A stretch of 64,000 nt of DNA, from the NCBI GenBank assembly GCA_050174015.1, contig JBFXKG010000003.1, positions 32,001 through 96,000 on the forward strand, written 5' to 3'. The translations under genes were made by a program, and so were the position numbers. The DNA is from Candidatus Krumholzibacteriia bacterium. Lineage in GTDB: Bacteria > Krumholzibacteriota > Krumholzibacteriia > LZORAL124-64-63. Position 1 is the stretch's first letter. The number at the start of each line of letters is the position of its first letter. Of this stretch, positions 29,046-38,563 are shown piece by piece. The notes beneath the pieces were generated by a model, which had not been told where the DNA came from, did no database searches, and worked only from the letters and a program-made list of their open reading frames with translations.

Positions 29046-29273
29046 TCAGTCGCAAGGATAGAGGCTGCAACCTCCGCTCATGCAGCACGCATCGATGACC
29101 TGGACGTACATCAAGCACAACGCGTTCCAGTTGGGGCTGGCGTAGCCGAGATCCTCGGCGACGTCGCAGGGGCCCCCGTAGGGATTGATGGCGTTGGTCG
29201 GAGTGGGCGAGAAGGCTCCGGACACCGCGAGCACGAGCAGCAAAGCCGCCAGGACTGCCTTCGTTTTCGACAT
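29046..29273 (-). CDS. Small secreted Cys-rich peptide (75 aa, 6 Cys)
   Basis: Signal peptide ending 'TNA'; mature part 'INPYGGPC...C...CC.SGGC...PCD'; AAGGGA RBS. Confidence 0.75.
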   Translation of the reverse strand: MSKTKAVLAALLLVLAVSGAFSPTPTNAINPYGGPCDVAEDLGYASPNWNALCLMYVQVIDACCMSGGCSLYPCD

Positions 29274-29535
29274 ATCGGCATCCCTTCATGAAAGGATTAT
29301 AGCACCGATATGAACCAACCCTGATGCGATCGCGTCGTGATGGGGCCAAAGATGACGGAATCCGATGATGGCTATGTGTTGATCCATACCCGCGGCGGAA
29401 GGTCCGCCGCCCCTCGACCTCAGATTAAGGAAATGAATGGCGGCATGCAACAAGGAAGGCAGCGTCCGCGGCTCCTGTCGCCGCCCGCCGCCGCCCTGGC
29501 CAATCCCGCCTGATCCGCAGCCGCGCCGGTCATCC

Positions 29536-30138
29536 CTACTGGATCCTCTGCATGGATTCCCCCTCGGGAAACAGGAGTTCGTCGAAGCGCGTCACAAGGT
29601 CCTGGAGTTCAGCGGTGGTTGCGGTCAGCACGAGCATGTCGTCACGCTCGATGTGGCCGATCACGATGCGGCCGTCCTCGATGGCCTGTTCGAGGGCGCC
29701 GCTGTCCAGGGCGTACAGGGTCAGGACGTCGCCTTCGCGCTCGATCTTCCAGAGGGAGTGGGCCGGCACCACGTGGGCCAGGAAGATCTCGTTGGCGGTT
29801 TCCGGCTCCTCGGGGAAGAGGTCGAGGTAACGGTTGGCGTTCAGCTCCAGCAGGTGGGCCTCGAGCAGGCCGTCCTGATCGGGCCGGATCCGCAGGGAGT
29901 CCTCCTGGCGCACGACCAGGCGCATGGACCCGCCGCCCCGGTCGCTGAACTGCCAGGTCTCGCCCTGGGGGTCGTCGGGATCCCCCCAGACGCCCCACAG
30001 GCCGGGGTCCTGGACCAGGGTGTCCCCGCTGTGCAGGGGTTCCACCGAAAGGGTGAAACATCCGGCCGCCGGGAGCGTCAGAATAAGGATGGCTGCGGCC
30101 ACGGCCGCCCTGCGGTATGTTCGGTTCCGTGATATCAT
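29536..30138 (-). CDS. Hypothetical lipoprotein
   Basis: Lipobox 'AAGC', then 'SVEPL...DPGLWGVW'; GAGG RBS. Confidence 0.7.
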   Translation of the reverse strand: MISRNRTYRRAAVAAAILILTLPAAGCFTLSVEPLHSGDTLVQDPGLWGVWGDPDDPQGETWQFSDRGGGSMRLVVRQEDSLRIRPDQDGLLEAHLLELNANRYLDLFPEEPETANEIFLAHVVPAHSLWKIEREGDVLTLYALDSGALEQAIEDGRIVIGHIERDDMLVLTATTAELQDLVTRFDELLFPEGESMQRIQ

Positions 30139-30240
30139 GATTCGCCTCGATTCCGCCGGCCCCATGCCGGACGTCCATACTACGCCAGGCGGACGGCGAA
30201 CGCTTACCTCGAATCTGGATCGAAGACCCGGGAAGCCGAA

Positions 30241-31599
30241 TTGCAACCGCTGCAGTACCGCCAGATCTTCTCCTTCTACTGGCCCCTGGTGTTGACCAGC
30301 CAGATGATGACCCTGGCCCATCCCATCGTGAACGCCGCCCTGGGCCGCAGCGAGGGGGCCATCGTCCAGCTGGCCGGCTACGGGGTCGGGTTCGGCCTCG
30401 GGGTGTTCCTCAACTCGCCGCTGTTTCCGTTCCAGCAGTGCGTGGCGGCCCTGGGCGTGGGTCCCCGGTCGCGCCGCGACCTGACGCGCCGGGTCATGGT
30501 CCTGGCGGCGGTCATCTGCGCGGTGGAACTGGTCCTGGCGCTGAGCCCCTGGGGGGGCCCACTCATCGGCAGGCTCATGGGTTCCACGCCCGCGGTGACG
30601 GACCTGGTGCGCAAGATCCTGCTGGTGCAGGCGCCCATCCCCCTGCTCCTGCCGCTGCGGTCCCTGGCCTGGGGCGTCATCATGCGCCACCGCGCCACGC
30701 GGGTGATCAGCCTGGCGACCGCCCTGCGGTTGACGCTGCTGTCCGTGGTGGTCTTCGCCCTCGTCGGCAGGGGTTTCCTGGCGCCCGCCGTCATCGCGGG
30801 GGCCGCGATGACCCTGGCGATCCTGGTGGAGACCCTGTACTCGGGCTGGCTGGCGATCGGGCTCGTGCGCGCCGGGGCCGAGGGGATCGACGGGCCGGGA
30901 GACGGGCCGGTCGGCTGGGGGGCCTTCTTCGGATTCGTCGGGCCCCTCATGGTCAGCACGGTGACCTGGTCGGCCATGCGTCCGCTGATCAATGCGGTGA
31001 TCGGCCGGACCGGCGATCCCGACCTGGCCCAGGGCGGTTTCGGATTCGTGTTTCCGCTGCTCATCCTCATGGCCTCGCCGCTGTGGTCCCTGAACAACAC
31101 CGCCCTGGTCCTGATCCGCGACCGGCACGACCTGCGCCGGGTCGCGCGGTTCAGCGCGGGGGCCATCCTGCTCTTCGTCGCCCTGATCGGGGTCTTGGCC
31201 TGGACCCCCCTGCGGCCCTGGGCCCTGGCCCACGTCTTTGCGCTGGAAGCGGACAAGGCCCTCTACGTCACCGGGGCCCTGCTGCTGATCCCCCTGCAGC
31301 CCATCCCCCTGGGTCTGCGATCCCTGAGCCACGGGTTCCTCATGAACCGCCGGCGCACGGGTGTGATCGCGACCGCCAGCCTGATCAAGACGGCGCTGAT
31401 CATCGCGACGGGGTTCGGGGTGGTCGCCGCTTTTCCCGGCGTCAACGGGGCCCTGCTGGGGACCGCCCTGGTGATGGGGGGGGGATTCCTGGAGACGTTC
31501 ATGGTCGGCTGGAGCGCCGTGCGCCTCCATCGGGCCCTGATCGCGGCGAGCGACCGTGAAATCACCCCGTCGCCCCTGATGACCGAACCCCTGGAGTGA
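30241..31599 (+). CDS. MATE/MOP-superfamily-like multi-pass membrane protein
   Basis: About 12 TMs with internal duplication ('FYWPL...PIVNAALGR' / 'FVGPL...PLINAVIGR'). Confidence 0.7.
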   Translation: MQPLQYRQIFSFYWPLVLTSQMMTLAHPIVNAALGRSEGAIVQLAGYGVGFGLGVFLNSPLFPFQQCVAALGVGPRSRRDLTRRVMVLAAVICAVELVLALSPWGGPLIGRLMGSTPAVTDLVRKILLVQAPIPLLLPLRSLAWGVIMRHRATRVISLATALRLTLLSVVVFALVGRGFLAPAVIAGAAMTLAILVETLYSGWLAIGLVRAGAEGIDGPGDGPVGWGAFFGFVGPLMVSTVTWSAMRPLINAVIGRTGDPDLAQGGFGFVFPLLILMASPLWSLNNTALVLIRDRHDLRRVARFSAGAILLFVALIGVLAWTPLRPWALAHVFALEADKALYVTGALLLIPLQPIPLGLRSLSHGFLMNRRRTGVIATASLIKTALIIATGFGVVAAFPGVNGALLGTALVMGGGFLETFMVGWSAVRLHRALIAASDREITPSPLMTEPLE

Positions 31600-31603
31600 G
31601 ACC

Positions 31604-32230
31604 ATGAAGCCCGACCCTGCTCCCCTGTTTCCATTTCCGCTAGCCGAGGCCCGGCCGGTGGTCCTGGCCGGGGCCGACTTCGACATCGCCGACCCTGCGG
31701 CGATGGCGGCCTTCATCGATCGGGCCAGGGGACCGGCGCCTGCGGCCATCGGCGGGTACGGCGAGAACCGGGGCATCTACGCCGCCAGCCCCCTGTTCGG
31801 GACGCCGGCCGCAGGCGAGGAGCCCCGGGTGATCCACCTGGGCATCGACGTCTGGACCGATGCGGGCACTCCCGTGAGCGCGCCGCTGGATGCGGTCGTG
31901 CACAGCTTCGCGGACAACGACCGGTTCGGGGACTACGGGGGCACCGTCATCCTCGAGCATCGGGCCGCCGCGGGCGTCTTCTGGACCCTCTACGGCCACC
32001 TGGCCCGACGGTCCCTGGCGGCGCTGGCGGAAGGCCGATCGGTGGGACGGGGCGAGGTCTTCGCCTGGCTGGGCGAACCGGCGGAGAACGGGGGCTGGCC
32101 GCCCCACCTCCACTTCCAGCTGATCACCGACCTGCTGGGGATGCGGGGCGATTTTCCCGGCGTGGCCACGGTCTCGGAGAGGGAATACTGGCTGGGGCTC
32201 TGTCCCGATCCGTCGGATCTGATGGTCTGA
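31604..32230 (+). CDS. M23-family metallopeptidase
   Basis: 'IHLGIDVW', 'TLYGHL', 'PPHLHFQ'. Confidence 0.88.
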   Translation: MKPDPAPLFPFPLAEARPVVLAGADFDIADPAAMAAFIDRARGPAPAAIGGYGENRGIYAASPLFGTPAAGEEPRVIHLGIDVWTDAGTPVSAPLDAVVHSFADNDRFGDYGGTVILEHRAAAGVFWTLYGHLARRSLAALAEGRSVGRGEVFAWLGEPAENGGWPPHLHFQLITDLLGMRGDFPGVATVSEREYWLGLCPDPSDLMV

Positions 32231-32315
32231 CCCGGTTGCACCGGGCCCAGGAATCCCTTACCATCAGGGAGTCACACCCTGATCGGCTCCACCGGGGCAT
32301 GAGAGGAAGGGGACC

Positions 32316-33590
32316 ATGGTTTGCTCGCAACCTGGTATCTCCAGGCGGGTGTTGCTGTCTTTTGCCATCCTGCTGACCGTTTTCCTGGTTTCCTGCGGCG
32401 ATGACGATCCGGCCCGGCCGGGGTCCCTCGTCGATCTCGGGGGCTACGTCCTGGGACCGGACGGAACCGCCGCCGCCGGGGCCTCCGTCTACCTGGGCAT
32501 GGCCCTGCCGTTCTGGGTATCGCCCGCAGTTGTCATCGAGGATTCCACGCTGACCGACCGCCTGGGCCGCTACGCCTTCGACGAGATGGAGGAAGGAGCC
32601 CTCCGGGTCTACGCGGGGATCTGGAACCGGGAGGGCGAGGACTTCAGCGCCGTCAGCCCCTTCTGTCCGCCGATCGATTTCACCTCGGGCCGGCCGGCTC
32701 CTCCTGTCGATCTGGTGATGTGGGAAGTCAGGACCGAAGGCGTCGTCAGCGGCAAGGTGTTCTATCCCGGGGGAACCGAAATCATCCCCGCGGACAGCAC
32801 GACCGTCACCCTGGAACGATACCGCGGCGCCCAGTTCGTTCCCGAGGGTTCGGTGGAGACCACCGAGGACGGTGATTACGCCCTCCCGGCCGTGCCCACC
32901 GGCAACTTTATCGTCCACGCCATGCGGATCATCATGTCCGATGCGCCGTTCCCCAGCTACCTCGCGGGCGAAACCGCGCCCTTCTTCTGCGACGGCCTCC
33001 ACCTGGTCCGGGTCCCGGACCTGACGCTCGAAGAGGCAGCCGTCGAGAAACCCGCGGTCTACGTCTATCCGGCGGAACCCGGGCAGCACACGGTGCGCCT
33101 GGACTTCGCCGATGGCGTGCGGATGACCCGCAGCATCCCCGAGTACGGCGACGGCTGGGACGTCTTCATCGACCGCGACGGCCGCATCGACCGGCAGTGG
33201 GACTACCTGTTCTACGAGGTCGCCATGACCGGCGTCCCCCTGGTGCGCGAGGGCTGGTGCCTGCCCCGGGCCGATGCCGAGGCGGGTCTGGAACGCATCG
33301 TCCGCGGGCTGGGATTGAACGATCGCGAAACGGGGGACTTCCTGGAGTACTGGATCCCGAGGCTGCCCCGCGAGCGGTTCGTCGTGATCAAGCCGGTCAC
33401 CGGCAGGCACCTGGACCACCTGGCGGCCCTGCAGGTCCGGCCCGCACCCGACACCGAGTTGAGGTTCTGGTTGCTGTTCAGCCCGTCCGGGCGTTTCATC
33501 GACCTGCCCGCGCCCCCTCAGGACACGTTCGTCCGCCGGGGCGGAGTCGTGGTGGAATGGGGCGGGGCCGTGGTGCCTCTCCCGCGCTAG
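32316..33590 (+). CDS. Lipoprotein with carboxypeptidase-regulatory-like domains and an uncharacterised C-terminal domain
   Basis: Lipobox 'LVSC'; 'TDRLGRYAF' / 'TTEDGDYAL'; 'KPAVYVYP...YLFYE...EYWIPRL...VVEWGG'. Confidence 0.7.
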   Translation: MVCSQPGISRRVLLSFAILLTVFLVSCGDDDPARPGSLVDLGGYVLGPDGTAAAGASVYLGMALPFWVSPAVVIEDSTLTDRLGRYAFDEMEEGALRVYAGIWNREGEDFSAVSPFCPPIDFTSGRPAPPVDLVMWEVRTEGVVSGKVFYPGGTEIIPADSTTVTLERYRGAQFVPEGSVETTEDGDYALPAVPTGNFIVHAMRIIMSDAPFPSYLAGETAPFFCDGLHLVRVPDLTLEEAAVEKPAVYVYPAEPGQHTVRLDFADGVRMTRSIPEYGDGWDVFIDRDGRIDRQWDYLFYEVAMTGVPLVREGWCLPRADAEAGLERIVRGLGLNDRETGDFLEYWIPRLPRERFVVIKPVTGRHLDHLAALQVRPAPDTELRFWLLFSPSGRFIDLPAPPQDTFVRRGGVVVEWGGAVVPLPR

Positions 33591-33606
33591 GAGGCCTTTC
33601 ATCTTC

Positions 33607-34626
33607 ATGCTGCGAAGCTCCGGCCCGCCGCGCGGGGTTCTGCCCCGCCTGTGGTGCCCTCCGCTGACCCATTACGACGGGGCCGGCGCCATCGATCACG
33701 CCCGCATGGAGGCCCACTGGGGGTTCATGCGGCGATCCATCCGGGGATTCCTGGTGCCGGGTTCGACGGGGGACGCCTGGGAGATGACGCCCTCCGAGCA
33801 GGACGCCGTCATCGCCGCCGCCCTGGACCGGGTGGCATCCGGCGGCGGGGAGCTGCTGCTGGGCGCCCTGCATCCGGATGCGCCGGAGACCCTGGCGGCG
33901 ATCTCGTCCCAGCTGGATGGCCTGAAGCGGCGGACCGGGCGCGCCGATTCCCGGGAAGCCATGGCAGCCGCCGGGGTGCGGGCGTTCACGGTCTGCCCCC
34001 CCGCGGGAGAGGATCGCACCCAGGAAGGCATCGAGGCGGGGCTCGCGGCGATCCTGGATCTCGGCGTTCCGGTGGCCCTGTATCAGCTGCCCCAGGTCAC
34101 CCGGAACGAGATGTCCCCCGGTCTGGTCGCCGGCCTGGCGGCCCAGTATCCCAACCTGATCCTGCTGAAGGATTCCAGCGGAGACGACCGGGTCGCCCGG
34201 TCCGGATTCACGCGGGACCTGTTCCTGGTGCGGGGGGCGGAAGGGGATTACGCCGGCTGGCTGACCGAAGGCGGCGGACCCTACCACGGCCTTCTGCTCA
34301 GCACCGCCAACTGTTTCCCGGGTCAGCTCCAGGCGGTCATCGGCCACCTCGAGCAGGGGCGGGTCGCCGAGGCCCGGGCGCTTTCGGGCCGGTTGTCCCA
34401 GGTGGCGGCGCAGGTCTTCGACCTCGTGGCCGATCTGCCCGAGGGCAACGCCTTCGCCAACGCCAACAAGGCCATGGATCACTTCATGGCCTGGGGCTTG
34501 AAGGCCTCGCGGGCGCCGGCTCCCCGCCTGCACGCGGGGTCGGAGATCCCCCGGAAGCTGCTGGCCCGGGTGGCCATCATCCTGGCGGAGGCGGGCTTCT
34601 TCCCGGATCAGGGATATCTGGGCTGA
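33607..34626 (+). CDS. Dihydrodipicolinate synthase-family aldolase
   Basis: 'LVPGSTGD', 'LYQLPQVT', Schiff-base Lys in 'LLKDSSG'. Confidence 0.82.
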   Translation: MLRSSGPPRGVLPRLWCPPLTHYDGAGAIDHARMEAHWGFMRRSIRGFLVPGSTGDAWEMTPSEQDAVIAAALDRVASGGGELLLGALHPDAPETLAAISSQLDGLKRRTGRADSREAMAAAGVRAFTVCPPAGEDRTQEGIEAGLAAILDLGVPVALYQLPQVTRNEMSPGLVAGLAAQYPNLILLKDSSGDDRVARSGFTRDLFLVRGAEGDYAGWLTEGGGPYHGLLLSTANCFPGQLQAVIGHLEQGRVAEARALSGRLSQVAAQVFDLVADLPEGNAFANANKAMDHFMAWGLKASRAPAPRLHAGSEIPRKLLARVAIILAEAGFFPDQGYLG

Positions 34627-35314
34627 GGCGTCGGATCGGAGCCGCTGCTGGGGCGGCGGGGCAGACCGCCTTCTCGGTCGCGGCCGGGCGCAGCAGGATG
34701 GTCGCAGGAGTCCTCAGCAGGATGCGCAGGTCGTTGCCCAGCGAACAGTTGACGGCGTATTCCACATCCTCCGCCACAAAGGTGAGAAGGTCGAGCGCCT
34801 GGTCCCTGCGGGTCACCTGCCAGAATCCCGTCAGACCCGGTTTCACCGAGAACCGCACCCGGTCCCGGCCGCGATAGGCCACCAGGTGGTCCAGCATCTC
34901 CGGCCTGGGTCCGACCAGACTCATCTCCCCGCGCAGAACGTTCACGAGCTGGGGTAGTTCGTCCAGGCAGAAACGGCGGAGCAGGTTGCCCAGGGTCGTC
35001 CGGCGGGGGTCGTCGGGGCCGGGCAAGGGGGCCCGGCGGTCGGGTCCGGCGAAAGGAGCCCGTCCCCGCCGCCGGTCCGGCTTCATGGTCCTGAACTTCA
35101 GGCAGGTGAAGGGGCGGCAGTCGAGCCCGGCTCGGGCCTGGCGGAACAGGACCCCCCGGCCGAGTCCGATGCGCACTCCGACAGCGCACAGGGCCATGAG
35201 GGGGGCGGCCAGGATGAGGAGAAGGCCGGCGGCGACCCGATCCAGACCGGCCTTGCCCCGGTCCAGGTACCAGGCCTGGAAGCGCGTCCCCGGGGGATCC
35301 TTCAGTCTGAACAT
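34577..35314 (-). CDS. Bacterial sugar transferase (priming phosphoglycosyltransferase)
   Basis: 'LKFRTM', 'LDELPQLVNVLRGEMSLVGPRPE', 'KPGLTGFWQV'. Confidence 0.9.
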   Translation of the reverse strand: MFRLKDPPGTRFQAWYLDRGKAGLDRVAAGLLLILAAPLMALCAVGVRIGLGRGVLFRQARAGLDCRPFTCLKFRTMKPDRRRGRAPFAGPDRRAPLPGPDDPRRTTLGNLLRRFCLDELPQLVNVLRGEMSLVGPRPEMLDHLVAYRGRDRVRFSVKPGLTGFWQVTRRDQALDLLTFVAEDVEYAVNCSLGNDLRILLRTPATILLRPAATEKAVCPAAPAAAPIRRLSPDIPDPGRSPPPPG

Positions 35315-36048
35315 GATCCCGCTCCGGCGAGGCTGGCGACCCCCCGGGCCAGCATGAAGGCCTCGGCCAGGGGGACCCCGATCTGGGATCCGCGATATCG
35401 GGCGAGCACGTCCACACCTTCCCGGGACCGGGGGTGGGGCCATCGCCTCAGTTCGGACTCGTAGCAGGCCAGGGCGCGGATCTTGGCCTGCCAGGCCGCA
35501 TCGGTCAGGGGGTACCAGAGGGTGGGGCAGAACGGGTTGCCGACGGTCTGCTCGCACCATTCGGTCGAAGACTGGACCTCGAAGAAGACCAGATCGGCAG
35601 GGAGGTTGAGCCCGTCCGGGCGGACGGCGGTGCGGGTGGCCGCGGAGGTGATCTGGTGGTCGCGGCTCAGATCCCCGGGGAAGTGGGTCATGACCATGGT
35701 CGGCGACGTTTCCGCCACGGTCCTCTCGATGACCTTGACCAGCTCGATGCGGGGAACGGTGCAGAAGCGGTTGTCGGGGAAATCGTGGAGATCGAGGCTC
35801 CAGCCGCCGATCGCCGCGGCGGCGCGGGCGGCCACGATCCGTTCGTCCTTGAAGCGCCGGCGGGTTTCCGGGTCCAGGTCCCGGCTGTCCGAGGCCACGC
35901 TGAGGATGACGACCTTCACGCCGATTCCGGCCCGCACAGCGTCGGCCAGCGCGCCCCCGGCGCCGAGGACCTCGTCGTCGCCGTGGGCGGCGATCACCAG
36001 GATCCGTCCTTCCCGGGCGTTTCCCCACAACCAGTCCCGCAGCTCCAC
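35302..36048 (-). CDS. PIG-L/LmbE-family deacetylase
   Basis: 'AAHGDDEVLGAGG', 'TH..GD...DH', 'YESELRRWPHPRS'. Confidence 0.88.
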   Translation of the reverse strand: MELRDWLWGNAREGRILVIAAHGDDEVLGAGGALADAVRAGIGVKVVILSVASDSRDLDPETRRRFKDERIVAARAAAAIGGWSLDLHDFPDNRFCTVPRIELVKVIERTVAETSPTMVMTHFPGDLSRDHQITSAATRTAVRPDGLNLPADLVFFEVQSSTEWCEQTVGNPFCPTLWYPLTDAAWQAKIRALACYESELRRWPHPRSREGVDVLARYRGSQIGVPLAEAFMLARGVASLAGAGSCSD

Positions 36049-36078
36049 GTTCCCTCCTCCGGATGGGTGTATCCCCCG

Positions 36079-37044
36079 TCAATCGCTGACCCGCGGATTC
36101 CTGCGGGCCAGGTTCAAGGCGGCCAGCAGGGTATACCTGAGCAGGAGTCCCGGCAGGACCAGCGCCATGCCCGGAACCCGCCATTTGCCGTGTTTCCAGT
36201 AATACAAGCCCATGGAACGATGGAAGTGGAACAGCATCCCCAGGGGTCGGGTCCTCGTCGAGGCCCCCTTGATGTGGACCGTCGTTCCGGACGGGTCGTA
36301 CCCGATGGACCAGCCTGCCTGGTGGGCCCGCCGGCACCAGTCCATCTCTTCGGCGTACATGAAGAACCGCTCGTCGAGCGGGCCGATCCTCTCGAGCGCC
36401 TCCCTGCGGATCATCATGTAGCAGCCGTCGATGAGGGGGACCTCCTGGGCCCGGTCCTCGTCCAGGTAACGGGCGTCGTAGCGGGCGAACAGGCGGCTGC
36501 GCGGGAACAACCGGCTGAGTCCGGCGAACCGCACCGCGGCGTCCCAGAGGCCGGGGAAGTTCCGCTTGCAGGAGGGGTCGAGCCGTCCGTCGGGCCGGAC
36601 GACCTTGCATGATGCCGCAGCCGTTCCGGGATGGGCCGCGAGGTAGTCGGCGGTGGCGGCCATCGCGCCGGGCCGGGGGACGGTGTCCGGATTGAGCAGG
36701 AGGATGAACCTGCCCCGGGCTGCGGCCATCCCCTGGTTGCCGGCGGCGGCGAACCCGCGGTTGTGGGTGTTGGCGATCAGCAGCACCCGGGGATGCGTCC
36801 TTCGCACCCAGTCGGCCGTACCCTCGGGGCAGGCGTTGTCGACGATGATGATTTCCGCGGTCAGGGGTGAGGCGGCGGCGGGGATGGCGTCCAGGCAGGC
36901 GGGAAGGAACGCCCGCGACCGGTAGGTGACGATGACGATGCTGATCCCGGGTGCAGGGTAGAGACATCCGCCAGGGCGGCTCGCATCTTTCGGATCACGG
37001 TCGCGCCGCGGTTCGGGAGAACCGCGGGGCCGGTGGTCCTGCAT
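36079..37044 (-). CDS. Glycosyltransferase family 2
   Basis: 'IIVDNA', 'NRGFAAAGNQG', 'LLLNPD', 'LDERFFMYAEEMDWC'; start uncertain. Confidence 0.9.
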   Translation of the reverse strand: MQDHRPRGSPEPRRDRDPKDASRPGGCLYPAPGISIVIVTYRSRAFLPACLDAIPAAASPLTAEIIIVDNACPEGTADWVRRTHPRVLLIANTHNRGFAAAGNQGMAAARGRFILLLNPDTVPRPGAMAATADYLAAHPGTAAASCKVVRPDGRLDPSCKRNFPGLWDAAVRFAGLSRLFPRSRLFARYDARYLDEDRAQEVPLIDGCYMMIRREALERIGPLDERFFMYAEEMDWCRRAHQAGWSIGYDPSGTTVHIKGASTRTRPLGMLFHFHRSMGLYYWKHGKWRVPGMALVLPGLLLRYTLLAALNLARRNPRVSD

Positions 37045-37146
37045 GGTCGTCCCCCTCGACCGGGAAATCCGGCCACCCTCGAGAAGGGAGGCCGGGCGCA
37101 TGACCCGGAGGTATCCTAACACATTCCGCCGTCCCGGATGGAAAAA

Positions 37147-38535
37147 TCAGGACCCGCCCCGGACGGCGGCGATATCGGAGGGATCCAGCGGCTTGACCGG
37201 CCCCAAACGCCGTTTTCCCCCGGTGGTGATCAACCAGTTCTCCTCGTTGCGGACGCCCCCGAAATCCCGCCACTTGTCCAGTTCGTCGAAATCCAGGAAT
37301 TCCGCACAGTGGCCGGAGGTCCGCCAGGCGTCCATCAGCTGGGGGATGAAGTAGATGCCGGGCTCGACGGTCAGGACGAATCCGGGCTGGAGGGGACGGG
37401 CCAGGCGCAGCGACTTCAGGCCGAACTGCGTGCTGCGGGGCAAGCCGCCGTAGCCCACGAGCGCCTCGCCGAGATCCTCCATGTCGTGCACGTCCAGGCC
37501 CATCATATGGCCCACGCCGCAGGGGAAGACCATGGCGTGGGCGCCCGCGGCCACAGCCTCCGCCGTGTCGCCCTTCATCAGACCCAGTCCCTTCATGCCC
37601 TCGGCGATGACCCGTGCGGCGGCGAAGTGGACGTCCCGGTTGGGCACGCCCGGTCCCAGGGCGTCCACGGCCGCGTGGTAGGCCTGCAGGCTCAGGTCGT
37701 AGATCAGGCGCTGGCGGGGCGTGAAGTCGGGATCGACGGGCACGGTGGAGGAGAGGTCGGCGGCATAGCCCAGGGGGCCCTCGGCGCCCGCGTCCAGCAG
37801 GAACAGGCCGCCAGATTCCAGGATGCCGTCGTGGTGGTGGTTGTGCAGCACCTGTCCGCGGACCGTGGCGATGACGGGGTAGGACAGGTGGCAGCCGGCC
37901 GCCTCGGCGATGCGGGTCACCTCCGCCGCGATGGCGCGTTCGCCCACGCCGGGGCGGGCCATCCTCATGGCGGTCGCGTGCATGTCCACGGACACGCCGA
38001 CGGCGCGCTCGATCTGCTCGATCTCCTCGGGGGCCTTGACCGACCGCTGGGCGACGACGGCCTCGATCAACGCGCGCGAGGCGCGGGCTCCCGCCTCGGC
38101 CGGGGCGATTCCGAGCAGGCCCATCAGCTTCAGCTTGTTGGCGGCCCGGTATGGTGGCAGGAAATGGATGGTCCTGCCGGCGGCGCGGGCCCTCGCCAGG
38201 ACCCCGGGCAGATCGGCCGTCGGAAGGGTTCCGGTGACGCCGCAGGCGGCGGCGCGTTCGGCGATGGTGGGCAGCGGGCCGGTCCAGACGACGTCGTCGA
38301 TCGTCAGCTCATCACCGAAGACGGTGGCCGTGCCCTCGTCCGTGTCGATGACGGCGGCCAGGTCCGGCTGGTCGAGCCCGAAGAAGTAGAGGAAGGTGCT
38401 GTCCTGCCGGAACCGGTGGCAGTTGTCCGCATAGTTCATGGGGCTCTCGGAGTTGCCGAGCAGCAGGACCAGGCCGCCGTCGAGGGCGGAGCACAGGGCG
38501 GCGCGGCGCCGGGTGTAGGTGGGTTCCGGGAACAT
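37147..38535 (-). CDS. pepP: Xaa-Pro aminopeptidase (M24B)
   Basis: 'FRQDSTFLYFFG', 'LLDAGAE...YAAD', 'GHMMGLDVHD', 'TVEPGIYF', 'GGVRNEE'. Confidence 0.9.
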   Translation of the reverse strand: MFPEPTYTRRRAALCSALDGGLVLLLGNSESPMNYADNCHRFRQDSTFLYFFGLDQPDLAAVIDTDEGTATVFGDELTIDDVVWTGPLPTIAERAAACGVTGTLPTADLPGVLARARAAGRTIHFLPPYRAANKLKLMGLLGIAPAEAGARASRALIEAVVAQRSVKAPEEIEQIERAVGVSVDMHATAMRMARPGVGERAIAAEVTRIAEAAGCHLSYPVIATVRGQVLHNHHHDGILESGGLFLLDAGAEGPLGYAADLSSTVPVDPDFTPRQRLIYDLSLQAYHAAVDALGPGVPNRDVHFAAARVIAEGMKGLGLMKGDTAEAVAAGAHAMVFPCGVGHMMGLDVHDMEDLGEALVGYGGLPRSTQFGLKSLRLARPLQPGFVLTVEPGIYFIPQLMDAWRTSGHCAEFLDFDELDKWRDFGGVRNEENWLITTGGKRRLGPVKPLDPSDIAAVRGGS

Positions 38536-38563
38536 GGCATTCCTTTGCGGTGCGCTCAGGGAT

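Noticed and set aside
34577..37044. Sugar transferase/PIG-L/GT2 trio as a novel system
   Set aside because: Ordinary surface-glycan genes; nothing unusual beyond a ~50-bp convergent overlap with the DHDPS-family gene.
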